Assembly (NCBI GenBank): GCA_964016885.1
Contig: OZ024741.1
Span: 308,202,001-308,266,000 of the forward strand
Direction: 5' to 3'
Source: Eledone cirrhosa
Taxonomy: Eukaryota
Length of the DNA stretch: 64,000 nucleotides
The position numbers and the translations under genes are program-made. This document shows positions 26,772 to 38,981 of this stretch, in pieces; within the stretch, counting starts at the first letter, position 1; every line of letters starts with the position of its first letter. The notes beneath the pieces were generated by a model. The model saw nothing but the letters and a program-made list of their open reading frames with translations, ran no database searches and was not told where the DNA came from.

Positions 26772-27087
26772 AAGTTAGGGAAGAGTGAAAAAAATCGTGA
26801 AAGGAGATGAGAGAGCAAAAGAGGAAGAGAGAAAAATAAAGATAGGAAAGGCTGAAAGAAATTTGTGAAAGAGCAAGTGAATGAGAGATGGAGGGGAGGG
26901 AGGGAGAATGCTTCAAATGTAGATTCCTGATTAGAATGGGTTCCTTTTATTCCTACTTCTTTTATCAGGAAGGAGGAGTTAACATTAGACCTAGAGATTA
27001 AGGAAGAGATAAACAAAGAAAGAAACAGTGAAAGTGAGAAAAACAGATAGATAGATAGAATAGAATAGAATAGAATAAAATAGATCG

Positions 27088-27208
27088 TTTGAATTCCCAG
27101 TTCTGTGACCAGGGGCGTAGTCACACTAGTTAGGAAGCACGAGAATAAGAGGGATGACATAGGCAATTTCCGGCCCATAACTCTGCTAAACACAGAGTTA
27201 CAGATTTT
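27088..27208 (+). mobile_element. Tx1-like RT fragment in opposite orientation to the adjacent LINE
   Basis: Translates IPSSVTRGVVTLVRKHENKRDDIGNFRPITLLNTELQIL, homologous to 29388-29506 on the minus strand. Confidence 0.8.
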
Positions 27209-27309
27209 GATAGATAGATAGATATATTTCTTTATTTACCACAAGGGCGCACAAGAAAAGGAGACAATACAAAGACATGCAGATAGATAGATATATATAT
27301 AGATAGATA

Positions 27310-29856
27310 ATTTTCTTTTTATTTGCCACCAGGGCATCAAAAGTGGGACAAGTACAAAGGGGGGAGTTTACATGCAAAGGCGTCCTCAATATGGAGGAGG
27401 CAATAACAAGATATAAAAGTATAAAAATAAAATAACATTTTATAATAAAATCCTCAATAGGGAGGAGGCGCCTTGGGGGGTCGCACACACCCCCGAAAAA
27501 AGTGTGCAACCCTTCTCCTCAGGAGCACAGAGAGGGGGGGCTCCCTTGATCTTTCATCTTGCTCACCTATAGTCTGATGTAGAGTGAAGGCCCATTCACA
27601 CGGGCCATTCTCGCCACTTTCACCCATCTTTCATAAAAACGGCTGGGGTGCAGCACCTCTCTCTCCATCCTGACCCTTCTTCCGAAATGATATCGGAAGA
27701 AACGGACCAGTTGTTGGACAGAGAGAAAGGTGTCTGACCTCAGTCCTTTCAGACGCGTCCACCATATAACCTCTTTCGCCATGGCTATTACGCACAGAAA
27801 CACCGCCTCTCCTTCGTTTTTGAAGAGGGGAGGCGACTTGATCGTTACAATAGACTCGGTGGTCAACCGGATCGGTCCCACCCTTGACAGCAGTTGTTCG
27901 ACATAGCCCCACAGATCGGCAATGCCCGATCTGTCCCAGTGCACACGCATCTGGGACAGATCTTTTTCGATGGGTCCCTACCCAGGCGCCCGTGTCTGTA
28001 GAGCCTTTCTCGAACGAGCAGAGACCCTCGGTAGCACTGCCAGGCCAGGGACCTCTGGAAGTTATCCATGGGTCCTGGGCTGAATGTCCTACCGAACAGG
28101 TTGGCCAGTTCGTCTTCCTTCATGCCTAGGGCTTCTCTGAGGGCGTCGTCGCACCTGCTAACCACCAGCCCTCTATAGAATGACGAGGTGGATTCTCCAC
28201 TGACAGCCGAGTCCGCCTGCCAGAGAGCCGTGAGCGCCTGGGCACACTCGGTATGCCAGGCGCCCAGTTTTCTCGGTCTTTGCTTCACCCAGGATTGCAG
28301 CTCGGTGAGTGAGACGAGTCTGGGCAAGGCTCGCCTCACAAACCGGGCCCACACCCGTTGACCGGTGAGGAATACCTGGAGGTGCCGTAGCCTTAATGCG
28401 TGTTTACGTATCATTAGCCACGGCATCCCCAGCCCTCCTTTCGAAGGGTGTTGACAGCAGATGGATCTCCTCACCATAGGAGCCCGCCTCTTCCAAAGGA
28501 ATTGGAAGAGTGCGCGCTCCATTTTGGCGAGCGTTTCCCTTGGGCAAGGCACAACGGTCAGGCGGTAGTAGATGACGGACGCTATATAAGTGTTCGCCAC
28601 CTCCGCCCGACCTTTCAGGGACAGTTTGCACTCGGCCCACTTCTGGGTCAGTGCAAACACCCTGTTCGTTACCTCACCCCAGTTCTTCTCCACCTGGAGG
28701 TCTGGTCCGAACCAGACCCCGAGCAACTTCACCTGGCCCTCCGTCCAGCGCCCGACGACGCCATCGGAGGGCATCGGTCTACCCCTCCACGTGCCGAGTT
28801 GCAGACCGATCGACTTGTCCCGGTTCAGCTTAGCCCCTGTAAACCTTTCGTACTCCTCCAGTAAGGTGCCGATCGCCCCGATTTCCGAGGCCGTCGACGC
28901 CATTACTGTTACGTCGTCGGCGTAGGCAGACACCGCTTTCCGCAATCCCGGTTCCAACGGGATGCCCTGCAACAACTCCAACTTCCTCAGCAGTGGCTCT
29001 AGAGTCATTACATACAGAAGGGAGGAGAGAGGGCACCCTTGTCGGATGGACCGCGCGATTTCGAACGGCTCCGAGAGGTAGCCGTTCACCTTGACCCTAG
29101 AGCAGTTGCCACTACTGTGCATGGCATTGATCCAGCCCCTGAAAACGAGTCTGAAGCCTGCTGCCGCTAGCACCGCATCCGGGAAACCATGGTCGACCCT
29201 ATCGAACGCCTTAGATTGATCCAAGTTGATCAGGGCCCCACCAAAGCCGGGTTCGTTCCCAACCCTCTCTGATGTATCGCATGAGGTGGAGGTTGTCGTG
29301 GATGGACCTGGACGGGATAGCACATGTCTGCGCATCTCCCACCAGGTTGCCCACGACAAGCGCCAACCTCTTTGCTAGCACCTTGGCCAAAATCTGTAAC
29401 TCTGTATTTAGCAGAGTTATGGGCCTGAAATTATTTATATAGTCCCCCTTGTTCTAGTCCTTCTTCACTAGCGTCACTACGCCTTTGGTCACAGCACAGG
29501 GAATTCTCCCGTTCTTTTGCCAGTTGCAGTAGACCGCCTCGAGGAGATCGGGGAACAAGTCCGGCATAGCTAGATACAGTTCGTTGGCACAATCGGAAAA
29601 TCTAGTCGATATCTATCGGCCAGCTCAAATCGACCGATTAACCCTTTGAGGCTATTGCACCCCTCTCTATCGGGACAGGCCCCTACGTAGTCCCAGCGTG
29701 CATCTAGGATACCATTCCAGTCCCCCACTAATAGAAAGGAGCGGGACGTCCCTAGAAAAGTCTCCAGACGATGGAAGAAGTCCAGCCGCATTGACCCGAA
29801 AGGGCCGTAGGCGGCTACCAACCTAAACGCTCCGCCTTCACCACTGCCAAGGTCCA
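27310..29856 (-). mobile_element. Tx1-clade LINE (APE fragment, internal deletion, RT, C-terminus, 3' UTR) within (GATA)n
   Basis: ORF 29570-29821 (AAYGP..LLVGDWN, APE). ORF 27863-29359 (LDQSKAFDRVDH, RQGCPLS, AYADDV). ORF 27567-27950 is the C-terminus. AATAAA lies at the 3' end. Confidence 0.92.
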
Positions 29857-29970
29857 GATAGATAGATAGATAGATAGATATGTTTCTTTATTAGCCACAG
29901 GGGCACAACAGATAGATAGATAAGTGGGTAGGTAGGTAGGTAGGTAGGTAGATAGATAGAAAGATAGATA

Positions 29971-30100
29971 CACCTGATGATTTCTCACGAATGAAACAGT
30001 TCTAGTCCTGTAGAAGCGTTTCTATATTAAACATTTATACTCTACTTTGTGTTGAGTACCTTACTTACTGTGGTTACCCCCGATTGAACCCGGGATGACT
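29971..30100 (+). mobile_element. pLTR-like fragment with a hammerhead core
   Basis: CUGAUGA UUUC-UCAC-GAAU GAAA CAG UU^ CUAG. The 5' strand of stem I is missing (truncated). It ends in (TA)n. Confidence 0.65.
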
Positions 30101-30118
30101 TATATATATATATATATA

Positions 30119-30174
<56 letters not shown>

Positions 30175-30179
30175 TAGAT

Positions 30180-30415
30180 AGGTAGGTACATAGATAGATA
30201 GAAAGATAGATAGAAAGGTAGGTAGGTAGGTAGGTAGGCAGGTAGGTAGGTAGGTAGGTAGGTAGGTAGGTGGGTAGGTAGGTAGGTAGGTAGGTAGGTA
30301 GGTAGGTAGGTAGGTAGGTAGGTAGGTGGGTGGGTAGGTAGGTAGGTAGGTAGGTAGGTAGGTAGGTAGGTAGGTAGGTGGGTGGGTAGGTAGGTAGGTA
30401 GGTAGGTAGGTAGCT
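30180..30415. repeat. (TAGG)n microsatellite
   Basis: Direct inspection. Confidence 0.95.
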
Positions 30416-30763
30416 AGAGTAAGAGAGATGGTGTTATATTAGAAAGGTAGAAGAGATATATACCTGAAATTATGAAAGTGCTTCTGCAAGGTGATGAGAA
30501 TTATGTATGTGTGTGTTTATGTATGCATGTGTGTATGTGTGTATGTGTGTGTTTATGTATTTATGTATGCATGTGTGTATGTGTGTGTTTATGTCTCTGT
30601 GTGTGCCTAGAAAGAACGACAGCCGTGGGTATAGATGAAAGAAATGAGAGATATCGGTGAGAAAGAAAGCTAGAGTGGTGATAGATAATGTATATAGAAT
30701 TTAGAGATAGTGATGAGAGAGAGAGTGAGGTGGGGTGGAGAGAGAGAGAGAGAGAGAGAGAGG

Positions 30764-30848
<85 letters not shown>

Positions 30849-31175
30849 GAAGCGGAAAACTGGTAAACATGTGGTTAGAAAGCGTCACACTATCACTGTG
30901 ATTGTCAATGAATGGAGGAGGGGTAGGGGGAGGAGGAGGGGGCGGGGCGCGAAGAGAAGGAGAAACGTGAAGGAAGAGGTATTTCGATAAGGTGGGGGAT
31001 TACAAAGAGCTAAGGTTATAAAGGAAATGTTTGGGTAGTTAAAGTCAAAGAAGGTAGAAAAGCCAAACGTGAATATCAAGTCTCGTGTGAACGGGATATG
31101 TATGTGGGTTTGTATATGTGCAAATATGCAAGTATGTAATTATATGATTATAAGGATACATATCCAAGCACCACA

Positions 31176-31257
<82 letters not shown>

Positions 31258-31888
31258 TATATATATATATATAATTGGTGTGGGATGCTTAAAGCGTCCG
31301 TATGCGGTAGACCGTTTGATTCTCCGTTTCTTATGTGATATATATATATATATATATATATATCCCCAAGCACACGAACACACGCAACTAACATCACTAA
31401 CACCCCCCAACCCCACGCACACGTACCCACACACCCTCGTACACCACCAACTCTACACACCCTACCACCACTAACCCCCACTCACACCTGCATTCAACCC
31501 CTCCCCACCTCCCGTATACTAACACCCACTAACACCTCTTCATCAAACTACACACACACCAGTACACCACACACACGCGCACACCTACACACACACACCA
31601 CCTTCAGCCCTCCCCGCTCGGACACCCCGTCTCCCTCTCCCCACTCCACCCGCCACCACCCCTACTCACCCCACACCCTTCCACCACCTGTTTACCCCCC
31701 TTTTAATTTCAGTTTATTTTGATCATGCCTTTATTTTTAAATTTTCTCATTCCTTGTATTTTGATCATGCTTTATTTTTATTTTTTATCTTTATTTGTTT
31801 TTTTTCATTCGCACCGTTTCCTTTCGCTATATGTCTCTCCACCACTCCCCTACACACCTTTTGAACTCTGTTCCTACACACTTCTCAC

Positions 31889-31916
31889 CTGAGGAAGGGC
31901 TTATGCCCGAAACGTC
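31889..31916 (+). ncRNA. PLE-type minimal hammerhead core, stem I not evident
   Basis: CUGAGGA A GGGC-UUAU-GCCC GAAAC GUC, with AATAAA ~40 nt downstream. Confidence 0.55.
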
Positions 31917-32008
31917 GTCCCCCACCTACCCCCCACTCTCCTGAGCGTGAAATTAATAAACATTTATTGTACTGCCTCTCTGTTTTGTCCCTGTTCAAAT
32001 TTTTCCAT

Positions 32009-32103
<95 letters not shown>

Positions 32104-32476
32104 CGAGAGAGAGAGGGAGATATATATATATAAGGGGAGGGGGAGGGAGAGATGTGTGCCTACAAAGAGTTATAAATGGAGATATCCACATAGTTTTGAC
32201 TAAACAAGATGTTAGATGGGTGCGCATGTACATCGGTATATGTATAAGTGCGTGTACATGTGTATATGTGCATGTGTTTATATGTGTATGTCTATATATA
32301 TGCATGTGACATGCATATATATAGACATACACAGTATATAGGCATTTGTATGTATCTGTATATATATATGTATAGAAATTTCGGATCTCTAAAGAAATAC
32401 GGTTTTAGGAAGCCGTAGCTATGCAAACACCGGGGCTAACGCCCCCTGGTGATGTCCAGCAGAAGCAAGGAGGACA

Positions 32477-32520
32477 ACCGTTTATGCATTTCAGGCTTGA
32501 CTGGCCTTCGTCAGGACGGT
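32477..32520 (-). ncRNA. Minimal type I hammerhead ribozyme
   Basis: ACCGUC CUGACGA AGGC-CAGUCAA-GCCU GAAA UGCA UA^ AACGGU. Stem I is ACCGU/ACGGU and stem III AUGCAU is palindromic. Confidence 0.78.
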
Positions 32521-33050
32521 CCCTACCACTGTTACTGCTGGACTTGAAAACAGTCGAGAATATATAGTTTTCTCGTCTGCGTAAATGAGGAGATTAATCT
32601 CATTTGCATTTCTATTATAAGTTGAGCCAATGTTATGAGTATGTTCGTGCGCGCGCGCGTGTGTGTGTTTATGTCTTTATGTGTATGTGTGCTTGCTTGA
32701 AATTTTATTTTGAAATTTATGTGTATGTGTGCTTGCTTGAAATTTTATTTTGAGTTTTGGGGTATTTATGAGTGTGTGAGAGACAGAGAGTATGTGTGTG
32801 TGTGTGTGCGTGTGTGTGAATAGGAGAGTGTGTGTGTAGTAATTATGCATCTTTTCGGCATGCTCTTCATCTTTCTTTGATATTCTCACACAATATCTCT
32901 GTTTCTTTTGGTTTCACTCTTACCTGAAATAGTTTACCTCTCACCACATGCCTTTAGCATTTTCACTCTCTCACACCTCTCCCTCTCTCCCTTTCTCTCT
33001 CACACACTCTCTCACTCTCTCTCTCTCTCTCTCACACACACTTACACACA

Positions 33051-33098
<48 letters not shown>

Positions 33099-33559
33099 CT
33101 CTCTCGTCAATCCTCTAGCACTTCCAAAATACGTCATCGTCTTTTTTTTCTAGATGCATGCGTTCAGATACGCTACACGCTAAAGAAGTAAAATAATGTA
33201 AGCGAGCAGACGACATTATCCAACATATACACATATATAACGTGGATAATATTATAAACGCCTGGCGTCGTACATTAAAACCTGTCAGTAACGTTGCAGA
33301 CGACCATCACTAAACTACAAAGCAATGAAATCCTATACTTCTTATGAAACCTATTATCTTCACATTTGACTCATTATTACTAATATATATATCCAAGGAT
33401 TGATATATTGGTGACAACAATAGTACTGCGACCGTGTTCGATATTGTTCTAATGCTTTTTTTTATTTGAACACATAGCAGTTAACATCTTTCCGTCGTAC
33501 CTTTCTACACACACACACAGACGCACACACATACACACACACACACATACATACAACTC

Positions 33560-35170
33560 ATAGCAAAATATAAAAGTGGTGTTCGCGTGACTAGTGTTGC
33601 TAGGACGTATGGCAAGTCACCATCAACAAACAGCCCCATGCTGGCAAAAAAAAAAAAAATAAATTAAAGAAGCTATGGTTGCGAAAGATGTAAATGCGTT
33701 GTCGAAACAGAAATAGTGGAAGATGTTGAAAAGGTGTTGTTGGTGTGGTTGAATGAAAAACAGTTAGCAGGAGATGGTGTTTCTGAGAAAATTATTTGGG
33801 GAAAACCAAGGCAGTTACAGGCGGAGCTCTTGAGAGAAATGCCTGAAACAAGTGCTGATAAAGCTGGTGGTAAAATTAAGGCTAGTAGAGGCTAGTTCGA
33901 AATATTCTATAAGAGAACTGACATACTCAGTGTGGTAAAGCATAGGGAAACTGTTAGTTCAGATAAACGTGAGGCCTAAAAATTTGTGAGTGAATTCAAG
34001 GATTATATGGAGACTAAGAGATACCTCAAGTGTTCAACAGCGACGACACAGGCCGATTTTTGGAAGAAAATGCCAAAGAGGACCTACATTCTGCATGAGG
34101 AGAAGGCACTCCCGGTATACAAGCCTATGAAGAACACACTAAATCTTTTGTTACGTGGGAACGCAAGAGGTGATTTAAAAATTAAGCCTTTACTGGTGTA
34201 TCATACTAAAAATTCACGAGTGTTTAGAAGTAGATTAAATGTTATGTGGTGAACTAACAGTAAGGAATGAGTAACGGCAGATTTTTATTGAGTGAGTCAA
34301 TGAAGTGTTTGGTCCTAGAGTAAAAGACAATAACTCCTTCAAAATCGGGTTGCTACTCAAGTGCCTCCTGGTAATAGACAATGTTCCTATTCCTCCTCCA
34401 GGCTTGAAGGAGAAATTGCTGTAAGAGTTCAGTTTTATTATTGTGAAGTTATTTCCACTAACACCACTCCTCTCATCTAGCCTATGGACCAACAGGTCAT
34501 TTCAACTTTTTAAAAATTGTACGCGAAAGCACTGTTTCAAAGGTGCTTTGAAGTGACTACTAACACTCAGATAACCCTAAAAGTGATCTGGAAAAACCAC
34601 TTCAACATTTTAAATTGTAAAAACCTCATAGTCAAAGTCTGAGAAGGAGTGTCTTCCAGGAATATGAACTTTGGCTGGAAGAAATTGTGGCCAGAACGTG
34701 TATTTCAAAAAAACTTTGAAGGCTTTGTAACTGAGGTTGACGACCTATGTCTGTTGTAGAAACAATTATGCCTTTGGGGAAGTTATTGGGCTTGGGTGTG
34801 AGTGGGCAGGATGTGGAAGAATTGGTGGAGTGCCACAGGGAAAAGATGACCACTGAAGAACACCAAGACCTTCAGTTGAAACAGTAACAAACAAAAGTCG
34901 ACAAAATAGCTTCAGGAGAGAGGGAGGAGGAGAGAAGGGAGAATCTGCCTTAACATTTGTTCAAAATGGAGTCAGGTGCAAAGATTTTGGGAGATTATTA
35001 CCTTAATAACGTTGTTGCAAGTCGTGTTGTAAACATATGAAAATGTCTTGTCACATTTCAGGCAAATGTTAACAAACCTTAGTGGAGAGGTTTTTCGTGT
35101 GAGAGGAAACCAGTCGGTCTCAAGTAGGTTCTAGTGGTACAAAGTGACAAAAAATGGAAATAACCCCATA
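33560..35170 (+). pseudogene. Degraded Tigger/pogo (CENP-B-like) DNA transposase
   Basis: KYKSGVRVTSVARTYGKSPST (HTH), VEKVLLVWLNEKQLAGD, FWKKMPKRTYI...LLLRGNARGDLKIKPLLVY, LLVIDN, PMDQQVISTF. Many stops. Confidence 0.88.
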
Positions 35171-35531
35171 GAAAGACTTACCTTCTTCTTTATTTCCTTT
35201 CTGAGCAAACATTTTCCAGTTCATTTTCATCGGCACAGGTTGAAAAAGTTGGTCCGTAGTGCTAACGAAACATACGTACCTGGTATGGCACCGTTGTGGT
35301 AACTGGTATTAATAATTATATTCAAGTGGCCTAGCAGCCGAAGTGTATAATACAGTTATATCTATTTGAATACAGGGTGTATAATTGAGACTGCACAAAC
35401 GTGTATAACTATATACACATATCTAATATGTAGGCATGTAAACGTGCCAGAAAATACGAATTTCCCTGTAAACTGAAAACAAATTACAAGAAATTCGTAT
35501 TTTCTGGGATGTTTATATACCTACATATTAG

Positions 35532-35569
<38 letters not shown>

Positions 35570-36017
35570 GTTGGTGTAGTCTCCGTTACACACTTTATAT
35601 TTATACAGATATAATCTTATCATACATTTCGACTGCTAGCGCACTTCTTTATACATACCGTATATTATTAAATATACAATACGTACATTCATATGTATAT
35701 CACTATTTCGGAGCACTAATCTAACTGATGCTGGGCCGGCATCCGCTCCGGATGCAAATAAGGTTCTACAGCTGATAAACATAATTGGAATTCTATAAAA
35801 ATACAGCTTAGTTCTTAGTTAGCTTCAGCAAAGGCGGAGGGATATGTAGTGTTGATAACCCCTAAGAACTGAGAAACGGTGGCCGTCGATTACTTCCCCT
35901 TGACTTTGCTGAAGCTAGATATGTGATGCTCGTCATTGCCTTAAAACTCATAGCGAAAGGCCTTCAAAATATTTAAAAATAAACATACAGTATATTGTTA
36001 AATATACACGACGTACA

Positions 36018-36054
<37 letters not shown>

Positions 36055-36328
36055 TAATACAATAAAGAGAGACAAACACAGATATATACATATATGCGTT
36101 CAAATCACAAGGGACCTATTGATTCTCCTTATTATATTAAATAATATTGTAAGGCTCGGAAAATTTTTTTCCTTGAGGTATTTTATTTATAAGGGACTAT
36201 TGTGAGTTTTTAACTGAATATATACTTTTGATATATATTTATATATATATAATTGGCGTTGGATGCTTTAAAGCGTCAGTATGCGATAGGCCGCCTGAGC
36301 ACTCGATGCTCTCATAGAGCAGAGTATG

Positions 36329-36571
36329 ATATCACAGAAAAAAAGAGAATCAGTGTTGCGACGAATGGAAGCTATTGGACATATTACAATCGTTTCTCTG
36401 GCGAAAAATCTGGTTCTTAGAATCAAGACATATCTGAGGACCTTGCGATTTTCAGAGTCAGGTTTGATCATCACATTGATCGTGCCTCGAGCTGGTCGCC
36501 AGAGAAACGATTGTAATATGTCCAATAAATTCCATTCGTCGCAACACTGATTCTCTTTTTTTCTGTGATAT
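36329..36571. repeat. 76-bp inverted repeat with ~90-bp spacer, in TA context
   Basis: 36329-36404 is the reverse complement of 36496-36571 with a few mismatches. Confidence 0.85.
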
Positions 36572-36692
36572 ATATATATATATTTCGTTTCTGAATTTGT
36601 TTAGCAAGATTCTTTATCTGAAATCGTGTGTTGAAACCGATATTGTTATTGGCAACATGACCCTCCCAAAGTATAACAATATATGTATATAC

Positions 36693-36779
<87 letters not shown>

Positions 36780-36782
<3 letters not shown>

Positions 36783-36990
36783 GGAACGATCGACTTTCGT
36801 CAAATCGGACCGAGGGAACAATGTTTCCGTTGGTCTTTCCAATTGCTAATACTATCTATCGGTCGCAACTCCGGGTAGAAGGAGCAGCGTGAAATAAAGT
36901 GTCTTGCTCAAGGACATAACGCATCGCCTGGTCCAGGAATCGAACTCACAACCTTACGATTGCGAATCCAATTCTCTAACCACTCAGCCT
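36780..36990 (-). mobile_element. SINE family C copy
   Basis: GTGAAATAAAGTGTCTTGCTCAAGGACATAACGC...GGAATCGAACTC. Confidence 0.75.
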
Positions 36991-37007
36991 TCATATATAT
37001 ATATATA

Positions 37008-37956
37008 TTTACTCTTAAAGCTTGCTGGATTTGATTATGTATATGGTTGATTATGCTGATTAGAGGAAGAAATAGTATATATTTTAATATCTGATTGATT
37101 CTATAGACACGTTTTATGATATAATGCTCTGATCTTTTGATTTTAACTTATTAATTCTTCATTGAGCTTAAAAGTGAACAGTTGCAACACATATATGTAT
37201 CATTGATTTAATTTTATTTTATTTTATGTATGTGATAACCTCTATATTTGATAATCTCCCTATCGGTTGAGATTAAATTTGGCGATATATGGCTGCGCTT
37301 TCTAGCAGCATGCCTACCCGCCGTAAGCGACCAATCACACGCTTTCTCGCTGGCTGGTACACAGCTACATAGCGATCTTAGCCATTTTTGAATCTAAATT
37401 TGGCGGGGTCTGTCCGAGAAATTAAATGTCTATTTCTGAGTTTGTCTCCTGATGATTATCCTGACTCGGGACAGTCCATATTATTTGGATGTCCTGAACA
37501 AGGAAGAAACCATGGTCGAGATATAATTACGGTATGTGCGCATTTCTTCTAAGTTTAATTTTACTACTAATTACGCGCGGTTGACGATATGTTTGATCGG
37601 ATTCTGCATGCTGCCGAAGTATTTGATAAATAATTGTTTCTACTTTAGGCACAAGGCCAGCAATTACCCAGTGCATTACTGGTACTTTATTTTATCGACC
37701 CCGTAAAGATGAAAGGCAAAGTCAACCTCGGCGGGATTTGAACTCAAATCGTAAAGGGACGTAACTATGTATTTGATAAATAATGGAACGGAGTTAACGC
37801 GAACTGGCTACGGTCAATTATTTGTCGGAGATTTCCCAGTTAGAAAATTTACTCTTAAAGCTTGCTGGATTTGATTATGTATATGGTTGATTATGCTGAT
37901 TAGAGGAAGAAATAGTATATATTTTAATATCTGATTGATTCTATAGACACGTTTTA

Positions 37957-37960
<4 letters not shown>
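37008..37960. mobile_element. TA-flanked element with a ~113-bp terminal direct repeat (partial-tandem, pLTR-like)
   Basis: 37008-37120 appears identical to 37848-37960. Confidence 0.75.
37619..37784 (-). mobile_element. 5'-truncated SINE family A copy with a 16-bp target-site duplication
   Basis: GTATTTGATAAATAAT at 37619-37634 and 37769-37784. Confidence 0.88.
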
Positions 37961-38022
<62 letters not shown>

Positions 38023-38198
38023 CGAAGTAGGTGTGGTAAGGAACCAGATGGACCATAACGCACCAGAGTACTCAATACTTAGGGTACTAGAGTGGGTAAT
38101 AGGAAAATGTTTGATCCCGACCACAGAGCTCAAGCCGTTTCGAGTCCAGAAATAGCCGTCTAAACGGCTTGAGCTCTGCCGTCGAGGTCAAACATTTT

Positions 38199-38260
<62 letters not shown>

Positions 38261-38265
<5 letters not shown>

Positions 38266-38446
38266 GTGGTTACACAACAGTTAGTTCACCATACCGAGAA
38301 CAATTGTTTCACCTTCGCGGATCTTCAGCTCGGGATGTGTATGGTTATATGGGTTCCTATAACCATACACATCCCGAGCTGAAGATCCGTGAAGGTGAAA
38401 CAATTGTTCTCGATATGGTGAACTAACTGTTGTGTAACCACTTCTA
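38261..38446. repeat. ~186-bp palindrome carrying two complete hammerheads
   Basis: The arms are reverse complements with ~2 mismatches around a short loop at ~38349-38358. Confidence 0.95.
38375..38412 (+). ncRNA. Minimal type I hammerhead ribozyme (mirror copy at 38295-38332 on the minus strand)
   Basis: CGAG CUGAAGA UCC-GUGAA-GGU GAAAC AAUU GUU^ CUCG. Stem III AACAAUUGUU is palindromic. Confidence 0.85.
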
Positions 38447-38507
38447 CCTAACTCGTCCCATGGACTGAGTGCTCTACCACTACGGATATTACCTTCCAGT
38501 GTTCTAC

Positions 38508-38542
<35 letters not shown>

Positions 38543-38684
38543 GGGAAAAGTGGTAAGGAACCAGGTGGACCAAAACGCACCAAAGTACTCAATACTTAGG
38601 GTAGTAGAGTGGGTAATAGGAGTAAGTAAGACCCCGACGGCTAAGCTCAAGCCGTTTCGACGGCTAATTCTGTACTCTATATAT

Positions 38685-38847
38685 ATATACGATATTAAAC
38701 AAATGGAAACTATATTTATAAAACCATATTTATTTCATTATACATATTTCAGGGATACCATATTAAAAATATGGTATCCCTGAAATATGTATAATGAAAT
38801 AAATATGGTTTTATAAATATAGTTTCCATTTGTTTAATATCGTATAT
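38685..38847. repeat. ~160-bp AT-rich perfect palindrome
   Basis: Centred on GGGATACCATATT-AA-AAATATGGTATCCC at ~38764. Confidence 0.9.
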
Positions 38848-38949
38848 CTACTCCAAAACTTGTTGAGTGCTTTATATCAGTTATAAAATATTTACTCGTT
38901 GTAACCCAACAATTTTAAATAAAACATTTGCAGAAAAAAAAAAAAAAAG

Positions 38950-38981
<32 letters not shown>

